A stretch of 64,000 nucleotides of DNA from Octopus sinensis (taxonomy: Eukaryota): assembly GCF_006345805.1 (NCBI RefSeq), contig NC_043008.1, positions 9,052,001-9,116,000 on the forward strand, in the 5' to 3' direction. Of the stretch, positions 14,113 through 23,207 are shown in pieces. The notes below the pieces were generated by a model that worked only from the letters and a program-made list of their open reading frames with translations, was not told where the DNA came from and did no database searches. The position numbers and the translations under genes are program-made. Every line of letters begins with the position of its first letter. Position 1 is the stretch's first letter.

Positions 14113-14282
14113 TATCGAAAAATAGAATGAGAACGCAGGTTCGAATTTTCCCCAAGACACCTGATGAAGGCTGAAGGGTACATCAGCCGAAACGTTGTGT
14201 TAACAACAAACAAGATGAGAACAAATATCCGTCAAATGTAAATAATATACACAATTCCTCATCTCTTAAATATAGAACTGTA
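14113..14282 (+). mobile_element. Penelope-like pLTR fragment containing a minimal hammerhead
   Basis: The same sequence recurs in inverted arrangement at 35200-35402. It contains the HHR motif at 14156-14201. Confidence 0.65.
14156..14201 (+). ncRNA. Minimal type I hammerhead motif (PLE type)
   Basis: GACAC-CTGATGA-A-GGCTGA(AGGGTACA)TCAGCC-GAAA-CG-TT-GTGTT. Stem I is 5 bp, stem II is a perfect 6 bp, palindromic ACGT replaces helix III, the triplet is GUU, and there is an extra A after A9. Confidence 0.7.
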
Positions 14283-14509
14283 AAACTAAGTCAATAAAAT
14301 AATATTGCAAAAATCCGGTTTCTTTTGGGTATCCACTCGTATATGCGATGCATAATTTACAATATTTTTTTTTATTAGTCTTACCAATATAAATAGTATA
14401 CATTTTTCTCTGGCAGAATACGTCTACGATTTCGTTCTATACATTCTAGATGACATAAAAGGTAGGTAAGTAGTATCGTACTATTGTATTAAATATATAT
14501 ATACATACG

Positions 14510-14747
14510 TATGTATGTATGTATGTATGTATGTATGTATGTATGTATGTATGTATGTATGTATGTATGTATGTATGTTATGTATGAATATATGTATGTA
14601 TGTATGTATGTATGAATGTATGTGTGTGTGTATGTATGTTTGTATGTATGTATGTATGTATGTTTGTATGTATGTATGTTTGTATGTATGTATGTTTGTA
14701 TGTATGTATGTATGAATATATGTATGTATGTATGTATGTATGTAATG

Positions 14748-14778
<31 letters not shown>

Positions 14779-14990
14779 TGTATGTATGTATGAATATATG
14801 TATGTATGTATGTATGTATGTAAGTATGTATGTATGTATGTGTGTGTGTATGTATGTGTGTGTGTATGTATGTATGTATGTTTGTATGTATGTATGTTTG
14901 TATGTATGTATGTTTGTATGTATGTATGTAAGTATGTATGTATGTATGTGTGTGTGTATGTATGTATGTGTGTGTGTGTATGTATGTACG
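14510..14990. repeat. (ATGT)n compound microsatellite
   Basis: Direct reading. Confidence 0.95.
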
Positions 14991-15079
14991 TATACCGTGT
15001 GTATATATGTATATATATATAATATATTATATTATATATATATATTATATATATATCGGTAGATAGATAGAGTGTGTGA

Positions 15080-15111
<32 letters not shown>

Positions 15112-15365
15112 TGCGTAAGTATATACATATATGAGTGTGTGTATGTAGGTATCTAGGTGTGTGTGTGTGTGCCTGTGTGTATGAGGGTGTGTATACCTAA
15201 TCTTTTTCATAATCTATCGCAGACTATTCCTGAAGAATGTATACATTTATATATCTATACACATGTATGTGTATGTATGTATGCATGGATGCATGAATGA
15301 TGCATGTATACATGGATGTATGTATGTATGCATGCATATGTATATATATATATATACAATCTTAC

Positions 15366-15450
15366 GCTTCACTTCATGTTTCTGTTCGCCGTTGGAGCCA
15401 GTTCTATGGCCAGATATTGAATTGTCAATGAATTTACAGACAGTTGCTTG
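15366..15450 (-). CDS. Candidate short exon (QATVCKFIDNSISGHRTGSNGEQKHEVK)
   Basis: Acceptor ttttttttcattctgatcggcag| and donor AGC|GTAAGA enclose 85 nt with one open frame. No homology recognised. Confidence 0.2.
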
Positions 15451-15723
15451 CTGCCGATCAGAATGAAAAAAAACTACTCTGCTACTGTTTCTCTTTTCTT
15501 TTCTTCTCTTTTCTTTTCTTTTCTTTTCTTTTCCAGCCCCCCCCCCTTATGTTTCAGTTTCATATCTGAAACAGTTTTGATGTCCTAAGATTTAATAATA
15601 ATTGGGAGCTGATGTTCATTCCAATATTCTACCGTTTCTAATTATACCATCTTCCTCATTCTCATCATTACAACCCCCATCATGATCATCATTATTACCC
15701 TCCTCCTTATCATCATCATCGTA

Positions 15724-15757
<34 letters not shown>

Positions 15758-16199
15758 CCAGCAACAAGAGCTGCAACGTACCAGTAGAAGTAACAGCAAT
15801 ATTTACTGCATTGTTGACACTTTCTGTAAGGAATCGGTTTCATATTAAATTTAACCCAAAAAATGTTTATTTAAAGAAAAAGGCTAGAAACTTCAATAGA
15901 ATAAAATAAATCCTCTGTGATGCGTTAAGTTTTATTTGTATTTTTAGGAATGGTCTTTTTTTTATTTTTTAGTTAGTTGATTTAAAATTTCTTCAAGATT
16001 CAATGCGTCACATAAATAATATTCTTGTGTTATAATATTGAAGTTGAAATACTAATATATATATAGAGAGAAGAAAAAAATGCTTGCTTCTATGTTATGT
16101 TGTTTGTTTGTAATATTGTTTTTAGATGAATGATCTGTTGTTGCTTTAGTGAACTTGTAATTCTATTTTTCTCTTATTGTTCTTTTCGTTCTTGTCCTT

Positions 16200-16262
16200 C
16201 TAATAATAATAACAACAACAACGAAAACAACAACAACAACAGCAACAACAGCAATAATAATT

Positions 16263-16293
<31 letters not shown>

Positions 16294-16350
16294 TAACAAC
16301 AATGATAATAGTAATAGTAGTAATAATAATAATGTTAATGATAATTATGC

Positions 16351-16425
<75 letters not shown>

Positions 16426-16490
16426 GTAATAATAATAGCTGTAGTAGTAGTGATAGTAGTAATTGTAGTAGTAATAATAATAATATTGCT
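16200..16490. repeat. (AAT)n/(AAC)n/(AGT)n compound microsatellite
   Basis: Direct reading. Confidence 0.95.
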
Positions 16491-17361
16491 CTTTGGTCAA
16501 GTCAGCTAAGCATTATTTGTATTTCTGCAATGCAAGAATGACTTAGTTTCTTGTATTGCTTGCTTTTCCATTTCCTTTTCCTTTTTCGTTTCTTTTTCTT
16601 TTTTTGTCATAAAATTTTTAAAATGTACAAAAAATAAATTCCTAATAAAACTTTTTTCTCATTGTGTTATGGTAATGCTGATAAATTTTTTTCTAAATAA
16701 GAAAAAAAATAATAAAATTAAAAATATCGAGAGAAAACACGAAATAGTAATAAATTTCTTAGAAAAAATATGATTTCAATTATTTTGAACAGAAATTGCA
16801 CTCGCTTCCAATAAAAGAGAACTGGCTGCAAGATACTATCAAGAAACTATATAAACGTGTCGCTTAATCATCCTTTTGCGAACTTCAATAAAGTTGAGGA
16901 TAAAAAAAAATACGCAATGACGTTGGTTATTGTTTTACAAAGGTTGTTGTGGAATGTGGGGAACGACAAATAAAATAGTTACAATAAAACATTACAGAGA
17001 GCATTGCTGCAAAAAAGTTTTCTCTAAATATGTTGTAGTTTATTTTTAAGTTTCATTTTTACTCATTCTTTTTTGTCTGGTTTCTATCTGATATTCCTAC
17101 TATCTTAAATATTTTCTCCGCCAGTCCTAGAAGTTTTCAACTCACGTTCATAATAAAGGTTTTGTATTGTGTAGTTTCATAAAAACACGCGTACTAATTT
17201 GTTACTTAGACACAAAGGTACTAAATACATAAGAGGGTGGAGAATAAGTTAAGAGATTGTGTTACGATTGCGTAACTTTTCTCCAAAAGTATTTTTCACG
17301 TGACTGATGTGAATTGGTCGGTTGATTTGGTTGACGCCTCTCACATCCAATGATATATTAA

Positions 17362-17732
17362 TCTCTCTATATATAAACGGCAGTTTGTCTGTCTGCGTGT
17401 CTGTGTGTCTGTTAGATTGTACCCTCACCCTGACCACGGCTTTCAACCGATTCTGATGAAACTTGACACACACATAGCCCAATGTCATAATTCAAAACTA
17501 ACGCAGCGAAAAGTTTGAAAAGTTCCCCCAGTTCTGAAAAAAATCGATAAATTCGACATGGGGTCGAGAATCAGAAACACAAACCACAGACTGTCTAGGG
17601 GGTGCAACTCGACCTTTTTAACTCTCAAAAAAATTTACCATCATTTTTTTGCTATGTTTTGGCTATAGTTCTCTAAAAATGCTTTATAGTTATTTCCCTT
17701 ACAACCCGAGCAACGCCGGGCGATACTGCTAG
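17362..17732 (+). mobile_element. Non-autonomous Helitron 1
   Basis: 5' a|TC start, subterminal hairpin CCCG-AGCAACGC-CGGG (17705-17720), 3' CTAG|t end, no TSD. Confidence 0.85.
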
Positions 17733-17843
17733 TAATTCATATGCGAATATAAGTGATTTTAGTGATTACTGCTTCTCTAACGACAGTTCAATAAAGACCT
17801 AGCAGGAAAGTAAAGAGACATCGGTCGAAATAAGTGAAAGATA

Positions 17844-18239
17844 TCTTTATATATAAAAGAGAGGTTGTGTGCTGTCTGTCTCCTACGATTTAGATTCCTA
17901 ACTACTCCCACATTTTGCGGTGCAGTTTAACCAAAACCGGGTATCTTATAGTCGTGATTCATATCGAGCCCTTCTGGGTATTAGCGCGCGTCTACGATGA
18001 GTCTACGATTTTAAAAAAACATTACCATCAATTTTTCTCATTTTTAATGCATTTTTGGCATATATAAGGGAAGTAACTCTCTAAAAATTTATTATTAAAT
18101 CTCAGAACGTAAAAAGCTACAGTAACACCCCCCCTTTGTGGTTAGCCATATTGAGATGGCTATTATACTTTACATCTCTAAAAATGCTTATATAGTTATT
18201 TCCCTTACAAACCCGAGCAACACCGGGCGATACTGCTAG
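17844..18239 (+). mobile_element. Non-autonomous Helitron 2
   Basis: 5' a|TC start and CTAG|t end. The last ~65 bp are nearly identical to Helitron 1 but the 5' body differs. Confidence 0.85.
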
Positions 18240-18398
18240 TCACTGATTAAATTAAAATAAGTTTTGTGGATTCGCTTTTAGAACATAAGTAGCGCTCGAA
18301 TCATGGTACGCTGATTAGATACTGTAACAATAGCTTCTACTCAAAATATATCGTATATAAGATACTACGCACTGATATTCCTAAAAAAAGAAAAAATG

Positions 18399-18628
18399 TT
18401 CCTTCTCGAGCCATGCCAGTTTCCCAGTTTCAATGGTGTAGAAATCCCCCACCTGGGCGGGACGCCGGTCCGTCGCAGGATTAATCATTTTTGCCAGCTG
18501 AGTGGACTGGAGCAACGTGAAATGAAATGTTTTGCTCAAGAACACAACACATCGCCCGGTCAAGGAATCGAAACCACAACCTTACGATCATGAGTTCAAC
18601 ACCCTTACCACTAACCACGTGCCTCCAC
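18399..18628 (-). mobile_element. tRNA-derived SINE, family C head with CORE-like centre
   Basis: Reverse-complement head gtggaggcac..tggttagtggtaagggtgttgaact..gtttcgattcc, CORE-like tgttcttgagcaaaacatttcatttcacgttgctccagtccactcagctgg, and a 3' tail shared with 41011-41318. Confidence 0.8.
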
Positions 18629-19475
18629 TAGTGATATTCATAAGTGGTCATGACTAACTTCAGATATTATCGACTACAAATTTCATTTTGTAGATTATAT
18701 AAATGTCAACTTTTGCAGCTCGTCCTTAGAAAATCACCCATACTTCCATTACTTCACCTCAGCTTCTATAACCATCATACAATTCCTCGGGTAAATAGAA
18801 ACAACAGAAAATATTGTTACGAGGTAGGATCACCATCAGTGTTTGCTTCATTAGGAGGAAACCTCAATTAATCGAATAATAAAACGTTTCGCGAACAGTG
18901 AGAATCAGAACGATGCCATACATATTCATTGATAATACGTTCGGGAAAATTCGAAAGTGAATTTGAATATCGCTTTTTGTATTTCATCATTGGAAAGCAG
19001 CTTCTTCCGGATGACTGTGTTTATCCCACACTCGATTCGTTAGCTTAAGGGGACGTTAGGATACTTAGTGTTACCGCATAGTTCTGTCTCTTGAGCCACG
19101 ACCACTCCGGACTAATGAATTTAACGAATTATTTGCTGACGCTGCCAAAGAATAATAAACTTCCATGAGCGAGGGGAACAGTGATAATTAGTACGATAAA
19201 ATATATTCATGATTAATGCGTTCCCGCTCTATTTTTCATATTAATGCGCTTTTCCTACGATTTATGGACAATTAACTAATAATATACATAGATAAACAGA
19301 GAAAGAGAGAGTTTGATAACACAGAGAGAGATATATACATTTATGTATATATATATATATATATTCATATATGTGTGTGCATACTTCCATCTATATGTAT
19401 GTGTATGTATGTATATATATATGTATATATATGTATATATATGTATATATATATATGTGTGTATATATATATATT

Positions 19476-19507
<32 letters not shown>

Positions 19508-19738
19508 ATTATATATATTATATATATATATATATGTGTGTGTATATAAATATGTATATATAGATATACATATATACATATATGTGTATATATACACATA
19601 CATACATATATACACACACATACATATACATATACTAGGGTGTTAGGAAATACCTACAGTGCTAGAAGTAATAGCTAAACCGCTGTAATGCTGTAGTTAA
19701 CGCACTAACGGGGATAATTACCGTTGGAAAAATGCCGA

Positions 19739-19807
19739 TCGAGAGTTTTTAATACTGATGCGTCAGTTTCGGCAATTTCCATTGCGTCATCAGTTAAAAC
19801 CGCTCGA
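19739..19807 (-). ncRNA. Type I hammerhead, minus-strand arm (probably impaired)
   Basis: TCGAG-CGG-TTTTAA-CTGATGA-CGCAA(TGGAAA)TTGCC-GAAA-CTGA(CGCA)TCAG-TA-TTAAAA-ACT-CTCGA. The core is intact but the 10.1-11.1 pair is C.C. Confidence 0.75.
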
Positions 19808-19976
19808 ACGTTCGGTTCTTTCCGGACTCGCTTCGCCATTAGTATTTGAAACATTACAAACTGCTGTTTATATTAATTTTATATATACACATTAACGAAT
19901 TACTAAGTCATCCAATAATTTGGATAATGAAAACATAAATACTAATGACGATGCGAGTCCGGTAAGAGTCAAACAT

Positions 19977-20045
19977 TCGAGCAGTCTTAACTGATGAGGT
20001 AACGAAAATTGCCGAAACTGACGCGTCAGTATTAAGAATTCTCGA
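19977..20045 (+). ncRNA. Canonical type I hammerhead ribozyme, predicted cleavage after A20031
   Basis: TCGAG-CAG-TCTTAA-CTGATGA-GGTAA(CGAAAA)TTGCC-GAAA-CTGACGCGTCAG-TA-TTAAGA-ATT-CTCGA. All core nucleotides are present, all three helices pair, the triplet is GUA, and stem I has an internal loop. Confidence 0.9.
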
Positions 20046-20236
20046 TCGGCACTTTTCGGACGATTATGGTCCCTGTTAATGTATACGATTTCATTTATGC
20101 GCGTTAACTACAGTATTAGAGCGGTGTAACTCTTATTTCTAGCAATGTAGGTATTTCCTAACACTTATCACATTTAGTGACATTTGTAATTCTCTTTGTT
20201 GGTGAAACATTGAAAACTGCTGCTTACATTAATTTT

Positions 20237-20270
<34 letters not shown>

Positions 20271-20399
20271 TGACAATTATTTTGTCGTATTTACATACCG
20301 AAATTTACCGGTAAATAATTGTTGGGTACATGAAAAACCACAGGAAAATTATTTACCATTTTTATTGTATATATATATATATATATATATAGGGGGGGG

Positions 20400-20516
20400 A
20401 GAATTCACGAAAAAAACAAAAGACGAAGACAGATGGTGTAGAAGACAAACAGATGTATTAGTATAACGTTCGGGAATTGAAAAATTCTTTAACGTTTCGA
20501 GCCTACGTTCTTCCAC

Positions 20517-20518
<2 letters not shown>
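20400..20518 (-). mobile_element. PLE-like short repeat with a variant hammerhead core (family also at 29690-29862 and 61590-61745)
   Basis: Minus strand reads ATGTGGA-A-GAAC(GTAG)GCTC-GAAA-CG-TT-AAAGA, followed by a tail (ttatactaatacatctgtttg..) shared with the other two copies. Confidence 0.65.
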
Positions 20519-20592
<74 letters not shown>

Positions 20593-20688
20593 TGTGTGGT
20601 GTGTGTGTGTGTTTATGTGTGTGTGTGTGTGGTGTGTGTGTGTGAAGACATTAACCGATGATTACTTAACCTACATTTGAAGATTTGG

Positions 20689-21162
20689 TCAGAATAAAAC
20701 CAATTTAATAGTATCAAGGTCTCCAGCTGTTAGCATACATTGATAAATTAAACTCTGCCTTGAACACTTATATCCTAGAAGACGTTTACAAAGGCGTTTA
20801 TTAACGCCTGAGTTATAATTACAATTAAGAAGATTGGTGTTAACACTGCTATTAGACCTAAGTGTTAAAACGGTGTTACTAGCTGGGTTGTTATTAATAC
20901 TACTATGTGGTACGCTAAAAGTTCTATCAATTTCTCGATTGGAACTAATTGCACCTGAAGTTCCAAATATAGGTCGAGTTACACTAGCATCTAATCCGTC
21001 ATTAATGTACACATTCTGGCCTAGATTACTGTTTACTGGCCGATGGGAAATAGCTATTCCTCTAAGAATAAACCACAGTTTTGTCATTGAAAGGTATGTG
21101 TCAAAAGACGTCAACGAAACTCCCAAGGGATTCCAAACAACACGAAAGAGAATGAAAGTATT
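20689..21162 (-). CDS. 157-codon stop-free frame; candidate terminal coding exon of unknown protein
   Basis: Non-repetitive and S/N/T-rich, ending ...RQSLIYQCMLTAGDLDTIKLVLF*. Long for chance in AT-rich DNA, but there is no clear acceptor and no recognised domain. Confidence 0.3.
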   Translation of the reverse strand, partial: NTFILFRVVWNPLGVSLTSFDTYLSMTKLWFILRGIAISHRPVNSNLGQNVYINDGLDASVTRPIFGTSGAISSNREIDRTFSVPHSSINNNPASNTVLTLRSNSSVNTNLLNCNYNSGVNKRLCKRLLGYKCSRQSLIYQCMLTAGDLDTIKLVLF

Positions 21163-21942
21163 CTAATCTATTCTGGAATCTGAATAGCAACTCTTTGTGT
21201 CCAGGAGACTTGCTTCTTATTTGCATTGTTAAAAGACTTTGCAATATCATTTACGACATTTTAATATCGTCATATTTCATTAGTGAACTCCACGAAATCA
21301 TACAACTGTCTAGTTTTGACGATCTGACGAACCCAGTACCTGATTACTTAGTTAATTACTATGATTATAGCCATCACATGTTAGACATGACTTCGCAAAG
21401 TTGAATCATTTAGAATCCTGTCTTTTTGGATACTAAACTTTGGAAACCAGTAATCAATGTTTCTTAGAATAATATTAGTAAATGATGCCTTTGAGTAAAC
21501 CAGGAGGAAATCTTTCTTTGATTACAGAGAATACTTAAAGTTAGATATTTGCATTGAAATATAATATGATCAAACACATCTTAGAAATCATATATTTTAT
21601 TCATGATAAGTTGATTAATACAAATAATGACGTCTTATATTGGCATAAGGCCACACATTTGTAGCATGGTAAAGGCAATTGAATCGACTTCGGTTCATGA
21701 CTAATACTTATTTTATCGACCAACGATCATAAAAGCAAAGCACCACACGACTAGATTTCAAATGAGAACAGATGTAACTGTGCGGTTAAACATTCTTCGG
21801 AATTTTGATGTTCTGCGATCAGTCCTAATGTGCAGTGTCTAAAGTAAGTGTTTATTACCAAAGCATCGAGTTCAGGTCAAACAAAACTTTGGGAATGGAA
21901 TTTGGGAGACGTGGACAATACGGAAAGCCCATCAGATATCGT

Positions 21943-22258
21943 GGCACTCCGTCGGTTACGACGACGGGGGTTCCGCTTGATCCTGCTCGTGAAATTAATG
22001 TGTAAGTCGCCGAGCACTCCACAGATACGTGTACCCTTAACGTATTTCCCGGGGAGATTCAGCGTTACACAAAGTGCGACAAGGTTGGCCCTTTGATTGA
22101 AATACATTTACAACAGAAACAGGTGGAAAGAGTGAGAGAAAGATGTGGTGAAACAATACAACAGGGTTCACCACCACCACCCCCTGACGGAACCTCGTGG
22201 AGCTTTATGTGTTTTCGCTCAATAAACCGTGATCCTACGATCACAAGTTATCTGCCCT
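21943..22258 (-). mobile_element. SINE family C (head partly deleted)
   Basis: Reverse complement is colinear with 56665-57041. Confidence 0.85.
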
Positions 22259-22259
22259 A

Positions 22260-22970
22260 GCAGAAACGGTATGCTGTACACCTTGGCATTCGCACCCAGA
22301 AGCTTCAGTATGAACATTTCAGAGTGTTTGGGTATCAATCTGAGAACATGTACCGAGAGTGATAAAAATCGAACATCCACTCAGCATTATGGTGGTTGAA
22401 GTGATCGCTAATGATGGCAACGTTATGCTTACGTTTGTCTTCTCACAAAGCCCAAAACCTCAACTCGGAGGCCTACATCAAGTGCCTGGAGAAGGTAGTG
22501 TTGCCCTGGGTCAAGAGGGTGGTTGTTGGAAGACCCTATATCTGGCAACAGGATTCTGCACCATGCCACACAAGCAGAAGAACCTAGTCATGGTTGTCAG
22601 ACAATCTCTGCGACCAAATCACCCCTAACATCTAGCCACCTAACTCCTCTGACTGCAAGCAACTTTATTATGTGTGGATCGCAGTTGAGCGAGAGACCAA
22701 CAAATCTCTTTGTAACAGTAAAGATGAACTGAAGGCAAGGATTATGGCATAATTCACCAAATTAAACAAGGAGACCATCCAGAAGACTTGCAGGAGATTC
22801 CGAAGTTGTCTGGAGGCTGTGGTTGAAGCCAATGATGATTTTATTGAATAAATTTACTCTTTAGTATTTCAAGATATTTTTATGTAATTTTGATAAATAT
22901 ATCTGTTAAAATGAGATGTCAGTGTTATTTTTATTTTTGCATAAATTAGGCAACAGTTTATTGACTGCAC

Positions 22971-22974
<4 letters not shown>
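22260..22974 (+). mobile_element. Internally deleted, decayed DD37D (maT-type) Tc1/mariner transposon
   Basis: Translation includes LNSEAYIKCLEKVVLPWVKRVVVGRPYIWQQDSAPCHTSRRT*SWLSDNLCDQITPNI*PPNSSDCKQLYYVW..ANDDFIE*. The D of QDSAP is followed by 37 residues before the position of the third D (now Y). Right TIR ends ..GCACTCTG|TA. Confidence 0.85.
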
Positions 22975-23056
<82 letters not shown>

Positions 23057-23174
23057 ATACATACATACATACATACTACATACATACATACATACATACA
23101 TACATACATACATACATTACATATATACATATACATATAATCACACATATATATGTACATATACACAGACACAT

Positions 23175-23207
<33 letters not shown>

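Larger units (their letters stand above)
19640..20164. mobile_element. 525 bp foldback element with a hammerhead ribozyme in each arm (MITE-like or PLE inverted-pLTR-like)
   Basis: Arms 19640-19847 and 19937-20164 are imperfect reverse complements, with termini GTGTTAGGAAATACCTACA and TGTAGGTATTTCCTAACAC and an 89 bp spacer. TA lies 1-2 bp outside each end and may be a TSD. Confidence 0.85.

Noticed and set aside
17453-17465. CTGATGAAAC as a hammerhead core
   Set aside because: There is no stem II between the motifs; it is part of the Helitron body.
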